Source: Oligoflexia bacterium
GTDB taxonomy: Bacteria > Bdellovibrionota > UBA1018 > CAIMNF01
DNA length: 40,915 nt
NCBI GenBank assembly: GCA_903858975.1
Contig: CAIOKW010000017.1
Location: 1 to 40,915, forward strand
Direction of reading: 5' to 3'
The notes beneath the pieces are model-generated. The model searched no databases and had not been told where the DNA came from. It worked only from the letters and a program-made list of their open reading frames with translations. This document shows positions 27,047-34,839 of this stretch, piece after piece. The position numbers and the translations under genes were made by a program. The first letter of the stretch is position 1; the number at the start of each line of letters is the position of its first letter.

Positions 27047-27929
27047 CAGCCACTTGAACCACCTCATGAAACCGCTCCATCCTGAGTATGACGGAATAGT
27101 CCTCTTGGCGTTCAATCACATCGACAAAATCATGATCCGGTAGAATTTCGTCGGTGAGATAAGAGCTCTTCGCATGCATGCTCTGAGACAGGGTCGTATC
27201 GATTCCGCTAAAGTTTACAATAATTTCTGCAGAATTCGCCTTTAACTGGTCTTGGCTTAATCCAAAGAGGGGGCTCGATGGATCGATGTCGTGGGCAATG
27301 GTCCAAGAGAGTGCAAAGATGGGCGAATAGTCACGTTCTAGTTTCAACTCCTGAAAATCTCGATACCCCGTTTTAGCATCATCCATGACTAAGTATACCC
27401 GCACTCGGGCATCGGTGATGTGGTTCTGGCGCTCATTGGCAATTCGAAGCATCAAACACGGAACCCCATCGAATTTCTTGATCACTGCAAATCGACTAAA
27501 AACAACTTTCACGTGCGGCTTCGCAAAGCGAGCAAAGATCAGTCCCGTCATCACTGCGACTACGAATAGCCCGGTATAACATTCAAGCGTCACGACTGAG
27601 TTAGAGAGCAGCCCAATCGGAGATACCCGTCCGTATCCGATGGTGCCGAGCGTTTGAACGCTAAAGAAGAAACCCTCTAAATAGCGATTAAACCCCTCCG
27701 CATGACGAAGGCCTTCAAAGTCGGTGTTCGGAATTAAAAAGTAAATGAGTCCAAAGAGGGCATTAATCAAAAAAAACATGCTCGCAAACCAAAGACCAAA
27801 CTTGGGCCAAGAGAGCCTGAGGAGATCATGATAGAGGTCGCGGTAGTTGACCCGCTTTGATTGGCTTTTGATATTGAGAGAGCCATCTTTTTGGATAATG
27901 CGGAATTGAGCTTGAGTAGGTTCAGACAT
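27036..27929 (-). CDS. prokaryotic inward-rectifier-type K+ channel (KirBac family)
   Basis: 297-aa ORF. It has two TM helices flanking a pore with FFFSVQTLGTIGYG (T-I-G-Y-G filter), then LIFARFAKP and a cytoplasmic beta-rich domain collinear with KirBac1.1 (IANERQN, SPIFALSWTIAHDIDPSSPLFG). Confidence 0.9.
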   Translation of the reverse strand: MSEPTQAQFRIIQKDGSLNIKSQSKRVNYRDLYHDLLRLSWPKFGLWFASMFFLINALFGLIYFLIPNTDFEGLRHAEGFNRYLEGFFFSVQTLGTIGYGRVSPIGLLSNSVVTLECYTGLFVVAVMTGLIFARFAKPHVKVVFSRFAVIKKFDGVPCLMLRIANERQNHITDARVRVYLVMDDAKTGYRDFQELKLERDYSPIFALSWTIAHDIDPSSPLFGLSQDQLKANSAEIIVNFSGIDTTLSQSMHAKSSYLTDEILPDHDFVDVIERQEDYSVILRMERFHEVVQVAAKN

Positions 27930-28025
27930 GGATGAAACGATAGTGGAAAACCCTAAAAATGAGAACTTAATCTCTACCGGCCTTTTCTTCTAGCATCCGG
28001 GCCATTTTTTTGCTGAAATCAGGAA

Positions 28026-28346
28026 ATGAATTCAAAAAGCTCCCTTCTAGCCCTACTCATCCTTCCCCTTCTTACTTCATGCGCCACAAGTTTTGGTACC
28101 CACACTGGGCCTGGCTTCATTTATACAAACCACTACGAAGGAGTGATGGTCACCGCTAATCAAGCGGGCCGAAAACGCGGAACGGCTTGTACCGAGAATT
28201 ATTTTGGTCTTTTCACCCAAGGCGACGCTACCGTTTCGGCTGCCATGAAAGATGGGGCCATTTTCGCAGTGAGCTCTGTTGATCATTACTACAAAAGCAT
28301 CATGGGCGTTTACGGCAAGATGTGCACGATCGTCACCGGAAATTAG
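28026..28346 (+). CDS. small lipoprotein, TRL-like family
   Basis: 106-aa ORF. It has a signal peptide plus lipobox LLTSC. The pattern GFIYTN...GTACTENYFGLFTQGDATVSAAMKDGAI...CTIVTGN matches what I recall of TRL-like proteins. Confidence 0.7.
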   Translation: MNSKSSLLALLILPLLTSCATSFGTHTGPGFIYTNHYEGVMVTANQAGRKRGTACTENYFGLFTQGDATVSAAMKDGAIFAVSSVDHYYKSIMGVYGKMCTIVTGN

Positions 28347-28355
28347 GCTTCGTCC

Positions 28356-29732
28356 ATGAAACAACTCAGACTCACTCGACATCGTATTTTCTTAAATGCG
28401 ATTCTGATCTCTTTTGGGATTCGGTTTTCATTTCTCTGCATTCGGGCTTTTGGTGGATTGGTGATGCCACACGTCTGGCGCCAGACTGATACTCTGGGAG
28501 TGAGCCTTCGTTATTGGCTTCGCTTTACTCAAGAGTCAAACCTTGGCGCCTTTCATCTCATTTTGCCCGCGGTGCTCCAGGCGGGAGATGGAAACGGAAT
28601 CACTCCGATGGAGTTTCCCTTTCTAAACCTCATCTTTTCTCCACTTTGGATTTTAGGAGCGCTTTGGGGAAAGATTATCATTTACCAGACATTTGCTTCC
28701 CTGATCTTCTATCTGATCCATCAACTTTCTAAAAAAGGCCATTGGTACGCGAGCGCTCTATTGCTTCTGCCCACGCTTTCATGGTCCGCTGACTACATTG
28801 AGAAGTTTCTGCCTGACACCCTAGCAATGCTCTTTATTACTTATGGGTGCGTGATCTTCTTTGAGAGGCGCTGGAAAGGCCTTACTCTCATCACTCTTGC
28901 CTTACTAATGAAGCCGACGGCGGTCGTTGGATTAGCTTTTTTGTTTTTCATTCGTAAATTTAGAAAAAACCCAATCACAGAAGGCTGGCCAATTGCACTT
29001 TCACTCGCGGTTTGCGGACTTTACTACACTAAGGGAATGGGATTGATTAGCTCGTTCACTATTAACACTCCGAAACTATTTGCCACTTCTCTTCGAAACC
29101 CCATTCAATCCTTATTCGAAGTTTTTCATGATTATCGATTTGTAATGAACGAATTCACCCAGCGTGTATTTATGTTCGGTGGAAGCGCGCTCATCATGTT
29201 GGCGGTATTGTTCCGGTTTCGTCGATACCCGATCAAGCTTTTGTTCTGGGGAGCTGCGCTGATCATCTTCATGTTCACCACCATTTCAGCTCTCGATGGT
29301 GAACACATGAAGGTTCACGATTATTATTTGGTTTCAGCGGCTCCCGTTGCCTGTGCAGTATTCTACTTTTTTATTCGTAACTCGAGACGCTGGGTGATTG
29401 GGCTTGCGAGTTTTTTGATTGTGCTTCATGCGATTGAGCTTTCGGTGCAAAACTTAAGTCCTCATCAATTTAAAGACCATTACTCAAAATACCAGGAAGC
29501 GAGCGCCCTCATTGCTCGGAATCCGTCGTTCCCCTGGAAGCAAGCTCACCCGTTCCGCTCAAACACGGAGCCCTTCCCAGCACTCGGGATCATCTTTGGC
29601 GAGATGGAGGGATCCAAATCCTCTGAATTCGGATTCTTCACCCAAGACTCCCCCGAATGGAATGCTTCTGGATGCACCAAAGTGGATGAAAGCCCCCATT
29701 TCGTTTTGGTTCGCTGCCCACTTAAAAGCTAA
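28356..29732 (+). CDS. polytopic membrane protein, GT-C (GT39/ArnT-like) candidate
   Basis: 458-aa ORF starting 9 nt after the TRL gene, with about 11 hydrophobic segments. The early loop WRQTDTLGVSLRYW resembles the R-Q-x-D-T-A motif seen in PMT_2-type proteins. Tentative. Confidence 0.5.
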   Translation: MKQLRLTRHRIFLNAILISFGIRFSFLCIRAFGGLVMPHVWRQTDTLGVSLRYWLRFTQESNLGAFHLILPAVLQAGDGNGITPMEFPFLNLIFSPLWILGALWGKIIIYQTFASLIFYLIHQLSKKGHWYASALLLLPTLSWSADYIEKFLPDTLAMLFITYGCVIFFERRWKGLTLITLALLMKPTAVVGLAFLFFIRKFRKNPITEGWPIALSLAVCGLYYTKGMGLISSFTINTPKLFATSLRNPIQSLFEVFHDYRFVMNEFTQRVFMFGGSALIMLAVLFRFRRYPIKLLFWGAALIIFMFTTISALDGEHMKVHDYYLVSAAPVACAVFYFFIRNSRRWVIGLASFLIVLHAIELSVQNLSPHQFKDHYSKYQEASALIARNPSFPWKQAHPFRSNTEPFPALGIIFGEMEGSKSSEFGFFTQDSPEWNASGCTKVDESPHFVLVRCPLKS

Positions 29733-29812
29733 CCATAAGAGATCATGAGATTAAATTGCCGCCCTTGACGCAACCCACCCATCCTGTTAAACCCCTGCGT
29801 TAAGAGGGAATC

Positions 29813-30997
29813 ATGGGTTATTTGAAATTACACTGGGGCGTAGCCCTGCTCGCATTGAATCTGTTTGCCTGCTCAAAGTCAGACACGATTCGCTCGCAAG
29901 GATTGGTAATTCAATCGAGTCACCCGATTGAAACGACGAACTCTGATCACTCTCAAGTCCTCTTTAATACCGCTTATGCGTTTTGCTCTGACTTATCGGA
30001 TTGCCCGGAGTCGATTGGAATGCTCGCCTTCATTAAAAAAGGCAGCGTCGGAAACTGTACCGCATTCTTAGTTTCCCCAAATGAGATCCTGACCGCAAGC
30101 GCCTGTGCTCAAGGTCAAATTAAGTTTCTGCTTCCCGAATCGAAAACGCAGGCAGCTGAGTCACTGGAAGTGAAACGAGTGACCGCGAGGCTTGGCGAAG
30201 TGACCCTCCTTGAGCTTGCGAGTGCATCCACCAGAAATCCACTCTCCTTAAATCGAAAAGGGATCTTAGACCTCACTCCGCTGAAGCTTTATTCTTTTGC
30301 TTCTCAGTCTGACACCTCTCTCATTGGTGCCCTGAAATCGAGTGATTGCATTTCGGTGATGAACTCTCAAGTGGCGCCTCAATACCAGGAACCTCTATCC
30401 GACTTAATCTCAGTCGCAAAATGCAAAGCAGAAATGGGAGTTGCGGGAGCACCGCTCTTAGATAGCGACGGCGCCCTTCGAGCGATTTTCATTGCGACCG
30501 CCTCCGCCACTCTTTCACTCGCGAAGAACGTGGCCTGCCTCGGAGACGCAAGGCTCGGCGCTGAGAATCCAGAGTGTGTGAAGCCAAGAGCTAGTACTCC
30601 TGATCGTTTTGATCATTCACGGGATTTAGCGATGAATGAAATTCAAAAACAATTCGATTTTTGGGCAGCAACGAAGCAGAAAATTGCACCCGTGCGCTTT
30701 ACGCTGGGCTTGGGTGGACAAGGCGGTTTTGCGCCGATTCCTCAGTGTTTTACATCAAAAGAAATTGATTCAGACACTTATGCAGTGAGTTCTCCGATTT
30801 GGAGCCTCATTCCGAGGTTCGACGAATGGGAGCGCCCTTACTTTCAAGTCGTAAGCTCGATTGAAAACTACGGAACGACCCTGAACTTTTCACTCGATAC
30901 TTTGAAGTCTACCGGATCCAGCCCACTCCTCTACAAGACGGGCGTAATCAGTGATGCAATTGAAAAATTTACGTATTGCACGGACCTCAAAAACTAG
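29813..30997 (+). CDS. lipoprotein with degenerate trypsin/chymotrypsin-fold domain (catalytic triad substituted)
   Basis: 394-aa ORF preceded by a GAGGG RBS, with lipobox LFAC. GNCTAFLVSPNEILTASAC aligns to the G.CTG.LISP..VLTAAHC block (His to Ala). EVTLLEL aligns to DIALLKL (Asp to Glu). GVAGAPLLD aligns to GDSGGPL (Ser to Ala). Confidence 0.5.
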   Translation: MGYLKLHWGVALLALNLFACSKSDTIRSQGLVIQSSHPIETTNSDHSQVLFNTAYAFCSDLSDCPESIGMLAFIKKGSVGNCTAFLVSPNEILTASACAQGQIKFLLPESKTQAAESLEVKRVTARLGEVTLLELASASTRNPLSLNRKGILDLTPLKLYSFASQSDTSLIGALKSSDCISVMNSQVAPQYQEPLSDLISVAKCKAEMGVAGAPLLDSDGALRAIFIATASATLSLAKNVACLGDARLGAENPECVKPRASTPDRFDHSRDLAMNEIQKQFDFWAATKQKIAPVRFTLGLGGQGGFAPIPQCFTSKEIDSDTYAVSSPIWSLIPRFDEWERPYFQVVSSIENYGTTLNFSLDTLKSTGSSPLLYKTGVISDAIEKFTYCTDLKN

Positions 30998-31680
30998 GCC
31001 GCTTTCTTTTCTGAATCTGCTTCGGTCTCGATATTAATCACATCCGCAAGCGTTTGCTTCGATGCAACGCCATCTGTACCCGTTGCTGCTGGGAAAGCGA
31101 TCACGGTTGCCATTGGTCGCTCAGCTTGAGTATTTGAAAGCACCATGAGCTGCTGCAATTCTGCGAAGGTTCTCGTATCTTCACGGTACTCGACCGCAAT
31201 CGAGCTTCCTTCAAAAATAGGAACCACATCCGTGTTCGCAATCAAATCATGAAAGGTGAGATTCTCTTCATTAAAAAACGCATAGGCATAACCCGCTCCG
31301 CCCGATGCTAAAGATCCTACCGAAACAATCCAGCGCTTGATCATCGTGGACCAGGTGAGGGGCTCAGCGCTTGAGATTAACTCTAAGTGAAATAATTTTT
31401 TACCAATGGAGGCGCGAGAGAGTCCCTGGATCAAGACGCGATTTACAAAAGATACGGAGATCGCCCAAAAGGCGAGACCAATCCCAAAGCCGCTCTTCAT
31501 CGAGTGCTCCATTTGTTCAGGAGCGCCATTCTTCATCGCAGTGACTAAGGCCGCAACCATGGCTCCAAAGTAGGAACCGAGCAATCCCCCGGTTAACTCC
31601 AAGGAGATGTCGACCACTACTGAACCGATTCTGCGGAACCAAAGATCCCTACCCAAACTCATGCATTCCGTATCGGTCAA
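30994..31680 (-). CDS. RDD-family membrane protein
   Basis: 228-aa ORF. Motifs: WFRRIGSVVVDISL, TM helices, and SIGKKLFHLELI, typical of RDD-domain proteins. Confidence 0.6.
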   Translation of the reverse strand: MTDTECMSLGRDLWFRRIGSVVVDISLELTGGLLGSYFGAMVAALVTAMKNGAPEQMEHSMKSGFGIGLAFWAISVSFVNRVLIQGLSRASIGKKLFHLELISSAEPLTWSTMIKRWIVSVGSLASGGAGYAYAFFNEENLTFHDLIANTDVVPIFEGSSIAVEYREDTRTFAELQQLMVLSNTQAERPMATVIAFPAATGTDGVASKQTLADVINIETEADSEKKAA

Positions 31681-31739
31681 ATACCTGACTAAATTGAGCG
31701 GTTTTTGTAAATCTTTATTTGCTTATTGATTACGGTAAC

Positions 31740-32225
31740 TTAGGATTGTTCGCCCTTCAGGGCGCGAGCGGCCTTCTGCGCCTCTCGGCGGGCAGCAAAG
31801 AAGTCCCTTAAGATCTGCGAGCAGGCCTCCATGGGCTCATAAATCACCTGAAACCGGTGGTTCAACTGGGGGTGCTCGTGGACATGAAATCCTAAACAAA
31901 GGGCTCCCCCCTTTTCATCCTTCGCTCCATAAATCACCCGTCGAACTCGGGCCTGCTGACAAGCAGCCAAGCACATCGGACAAGGCTCAAGCGTGACGTA
32001 CAAATCGCAATCAATCAAACGCCAAGACTGAAGGTGAAGAGCCGCGTTTTTGATTGCGATCATTTCCGCGTGCCCGAGTGGGTCCTGCATTTCTTCGCGA
32101 GTGTTTGACCCTTCCCCGATGACTTTTCCTTCATGGACAATCACGGCTCCCACGGGAACCTCGTCACGAAGGGCCGCAGCTTCAGCAAGCCTCAAGGCTT
32201 CAAGAAGGAATGATGGAGATTCCAC
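31740..32225 (-). CDS. tadA: tRNA adenosine(34) deaminase
   Basis: 161-aa ORF. Motifs: EVPVGAVIV, HAEMIAI (H-A-E zinc/catalytic motif), TLEPCPMCLAA (PC-x2-C). Confidence 0.93.
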   Translation of the reverse strand: MESPSFLLEALRLAEAAALRDEVPVGAVIVHEGKVIGEGSNTREEMQDPLGHAEMIAIKNAALHLQSWRLIDCDLYVTLEPCPMCLAACQQARVRRVIYGAKDEKGGALCLGFHVHEHPQLNHRFQVIYEPMEACSQILRDFFAARREAQKAARALKGEQS

Positions 32226-32940
32226 GCTCTAAATCCTTTTTGTCGTTAAAGTTTTTCACAATCACTCGAAGCTTCCGTCTTAAATTCCGATCCAGAGGCA
32301 GAAACTGAATTCCCACTCCCTTCGGATGAGTCACCGTACTCTTCGCATTCCAGACGATTTTACCTGGAATTTCGAGGAATTGCTCATAGGCATTTAAATT
32401 GAGTTGGACCGGATCGTTATGCTTGAAATCGATCGGCGTTTTCAAAAAACATCCCCGGGAACTGAGATCCAGGAGCTGACCTTGAGTCACCCCGCTGAGA
32501 TTGCCTCCCGAAACCAGTTCTGCATTAATGTGATGCATTCCCGCAATTCCACTTTCCCACCATTTGATTTGTGGAAAGAGGTAGGGAACCCGAATTTCGT
32601 GGGCCACTAGCGCATGGAGGATCATTTGGATCACCAATGTCGACGCAAACACATAAACTTTAAATTGAGACTCACTGAGACTCACCAGATTCAGTGCGTT
32701 GATGTAGACGGTGAGCGTCTGGGCGGCACCAAAGGTGTACCAAGACCAGTGCCTGAGGCTTTGTAAACCCACACCACTAAACACCCAAAGAACACAAGCA
32801 ATGTAAAACAAGGGGGAAAGGCCAACCGCCACCACCCCTCGTGAACCAAAATCGAGCGCCAGGGACGCAAAGAGGGGATAAAGGATGGGAAACCCCATCA
32901 TCAAAAATCCAAAAAAGCGAAGTGTCCCTGAGCATTTCAT
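32200..32940 (-). CDS. membrane protein with C-terminal PilZ domain
   Basis: 246-aa ORF with about 5 TM segments followed by LLDLSSRGCFLKT (D-x-S-x-x-G) and GKIVWNAKS...GVGIQF. The upstream RxxxR motif is not clearly present. Confidence 0.7.
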   Translation of the reverse strand: MKCSGTLRFFGFLMMGFPILYPLFASLALDFGSRGVVAVGLSPLFYIACVLWVFSGVGLQSLRHWSWYTFGAAQTLTVYINALNLVSLSESQFKVYVFASTLVIQMILHALVAHEIRVPYLFPQIKWWESGIAGMHHINAELVSGGNLSGVTQGQLLDLSSRGCFLKTPIDFKHNDPVQLNLNAYEQFLEIPGKIVWNAKSTVTHPKGVGIQFLPLDRNLRRKLRVIVKNFNDKKDLERGISIIPS

Positions 32941-32959
32941 CCTTCACTTATTTTGGAGC

Positions 32960-33673
32960 ATGTCTTTGACGGAGTCACGGGAATTTCGTACTCTATTCTC
33001 TGTGAAGAAACTCCTCTTCTTTCAAATCCTTGCCCTCTCAAGCGCTTTCGCAGGCCCCGTTCACGGACCTACGAATAATAGTCCGTCCACTTTTGAAGCC
33101 GTAACCGGCGACAGCCCCGATGAAGAACGCTCCGTATGGGATAGCTTCTATAAGAACAAGGCAAACGCTTTTGGGAAGGAAGCCATTGGGTTTCTCAAGG
33201 AACACCTCCATCAAGTGAAGAAAGGCCGCGCCTTTGTTCCGGCCATGGGAGAAGGCAGAAACGCGATCTACTTGGCCAAGCACGGATTCAAAGTCGATGG
33301 GGTGGATCTTTCAGAGGTCGCGGTCGATCGCGCGGTCGAAGCGGCCCGCCATCAAAAGGCAGACATCAAAGGAATCGTCGCAGACCTGACCACCTATCAG
33401 TACCCCAATGAGGCTTATGATTTTATCGTACTCTCATTGTTCTATATGCCGAACCTGATGCCGAAATTTAAGAAGACGCTAAAGCGGGGTGGGCACATCA
33501 TGATTTACGTCAAAGCCGATAACGGGAAGCCGACTCAACAGAGCTCGCCTGATGATTTTTTAGTAAAAGGTTCTGACTTAAAAACCGCTCTTCGAGACTT
33601 CGAAACGATCAGCTACAAAGAGTACAAAGATCACGACGTTGAAGTCGTTGCTATTCTTGCAAGGAAACCATGA
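32960..33673 (+). CDS. class I SAM-dependent methyltransferase (TehB/TPMT-like) with N-terminal signal-peptide-like segment
   Basis: ATG 32960 is preferred because the ORF from 32885 overlaps the divergent PilZ gene. Motifs: KKLLFFQILALSSAFA then G; motif I AFVPAMGEGRNAIYLAKHGFKVDGVDLS; later YDFIVLSLF and LKRGGHIMIYV. Confidence 0.8.
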   Translation: MSLTESREFRTLFSVKKLLFFQILALSSAFAGPVHGPTNNSPSTFEAVTGDSPDEERSVWDSFYKNKANAFGKEAIGFLKEHLHQVKKGRAFVPAMGEGRNAIYLAKHGFKVDGVDLSEVAVDRAVEAARHQKADIKGIVADLTTYQYPNEAYDFIVLSLFYMPNLMPKFKKTLKRGGHIMIYVKADNGKPTQQSSPDDFLVKGSDLKTALRDFETISYKEYKDHDVEVVAILARKP

Positions 33674-34539
33674 AAAAAACCGGTGTCATCAGTGAAGTGT
33701 TCCCTAAAATGGCGAACGTGATTCTTGATGAAGATGAGTCCAAGAAAATTCTCTGTACCTATCGACGTGGCCAAATCGTGGATCGCGATGCGGAATGGAG
33801 AGAGCGCTCTCCTGTTTGCCCGGGAGATAAAGTTCAAATCCATTCCTACGGCTCACGAGATGGCGTGATCGAAGAACTCTTTCCGCGTACTAATTTTATC
33901 TCTAGGCGTGCACCCGGCCGTGAGGGGAAGATCATGCACACCATTGCCGCCAACATTGATTTTGTGGTGATTACGTCCTCTTTGCATGACCCCGACTTTT
34001 CTCCCGGTTTGATTGATCGCTTTTTAATCGCAACCACTGTTTCCCAAATCAGGCCCATCATTGTCATTAACAAGATGGATCTGAAAGTCGGAGAAGAGCG
34101 ACCGTGGAAGCTCTATGAAGATTTAGGCTATCGCTGCATTCCCGTTTCATCCAAAGAGAGATCCGGCATCGAAGAACTCAGAGCCGCATTGAAGGGTAAG
34201 ACTTCCGTTTTCTGCGGACACTCAGGCGTTGGTAAAACCTCTCTCCTCTCTGAACTCTTCGGTGAAGTGGTGGGACGAGTGGGCGACATTAGTAAATCAA
34301 CCGGCAAAGGGAAACACACCACGACCGTTTCAAAACTGATTACCGTCGGCGATGGAACCCGATTCATTGATACTCCTGGAATTAAAGAATTTGGTTTGAT
34401 CGGAGTCGATGGAAAGGATTTAATTCAATACTTTCCCGAGATGTACGAACTTCAAGTGAAGCGCGAGAGCTATGATCACCTGCCTCGCTATGAGAGTTAC
34501 CTCAGAATTAAAGCTGCACTTGATGATGAAGGTCGGTAG
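33670..34539 (+). CDS. rsgA: ribosome small-subunit-dependent GTPase A, without C-terminal zinc knuckle
   Basis: 289-aa ORF with an ATGA overlap. It has an OB-like N-terminus and circularly permuted GTPase motifs NKMDL (G4), GHSGVGKTSLL (G1) and DTPGIKEF (G3). The C-terminus ends ...RYESYLRI with no Cys/His cluster. Confidence 0.9.
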   Translation: MKKTGVISEVFPKMANVILDEDESKKILCTYRRGQIVDRDAEWRERSPVCPGDKVQIHSYGSRDGVIEELFPRTNFISRRAPGREGKIMHTIAANIDFVVITSSLHDPDFSPGLIDRFLIATTVSQIRPIIVINKMDLKVGEERPWKLYEDLGYRCIPVSSKERSGIEELRAALKGKTSVFCGHSGVGKTSLLSELFGEVVGRVGDISKSTGKGKHTTTVSKLITVGDGTRFIDTPGIKEFGLIGVDGKDLIQYFPEMYELQVKRESYDHLPRYESYLRIKAALDDEGR

Positions 34540-34590
34540 ACCTCTAATCCCTTACCCGCGACTGCATCAGCCTTAATAAATAAAAAATCC

Positions 34591-34680
34591 ATGATTCTTC
34601 TTCCTCCACGACATCGTGTCTCTCGCCGGTCGGGCATCCGGCCCTGGCGAGAGTCGGAAGAAGAATCATATATTTTTTAT
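34591..34680 (+). terminator. branched hairpin plus U-tract (element A), probable rsgA terminator or structured 3' RNA element
   Basis: The outer 14-bp stem is ATGATTCTTCTTCC (34591-34604) / GGAAGAAGAATCAT (34656-34669). It encloses hairpin CACG-ACAT-CGTG (34607-34618) and stem CTCTCGCC (34620-27) / GGCGAGAG (34646-53). That stem carries the inner hairpin GGTCGG-GCAT-CCGGCC. The element ends with ATATTTTTTAT. Confidence 0.6.
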
Positions 34681-34727
34681 TGATTGAGCCTGAATTCATC
34701 AGAAGTATTTTGGACACCCAACTGGAC

Positions 34728-34811
34728 AAAACAAAAAAGCCCCGGAATCCAACTCTCGCGGCGCAGGAAGCGCCATAGCGAGAGACACGATGTCGTGGAG
34801 GACTTCAGGGC
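34728..34811 (-). terminator. branched hairpin plus U-tract (element B), probable acyl-CoA dehydrogenase terminator; same architecture as element A
   Basis: The minus-strand RNA reads GCCCUGAAGU...AUUCCGGGGC as the outer stem (7 Watson-Crick pairs, 2 G-U wobbles and 1 mismatch). It encloses CACG-ACAU-CGUG and CUCUCGC/GCGAGAG, which carries the inner hairpin GGCGC-UUCCU-GCGCC. It ends with UUUUUUGUUUU. It shares an exact 22-nt core with element A. Confidence 0.6.
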
Positions 34812-34839
34812 TTTTTATTTTTATCTCAACTGAAGATCA

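Noticed and set aside
29765-29793. A sigma70-like promoter: TTGACG, 17-nt spacer, TAAACC, upstream of the pseudoprotease lipoprotein gene.
   Set aside because: The -35 is good but the -10 matches only 3 of 6 positions. Without TSS data or knowledge of the organism's promoter consensus this cannot be supported.
34544-34729. 61-aa minus-strand ORF in the rsgA/acd intergenic region.
   Set aside because: It reads straight through the element A hairpin. Its EEEE run is simply the outer stem GGAAGAAGAA, and it has no RBS. The RNA-structure explanation is better supported.
34605-34799. A MITE-like mobile element bounded by the 22-nt inverted repeats.
   Set aside because: No direct target-site duplication flanks the unit (left flank ...CTTCC, right flank GGACT...). 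Each repeat copy is embedded in its own locally closed hairpin with a U-tract. This is kept as an alternative to test and is not fully excluded.
34728-34811. A known housekeeping RNA (SRP/4.5S or 6S) because of the long GC-closed hairpin.
   Set aside because: The fold is a three-way junction rather than the single extended SRP helix. I could not find the conserved SRP domain IV motif, and it is too short for 6S.
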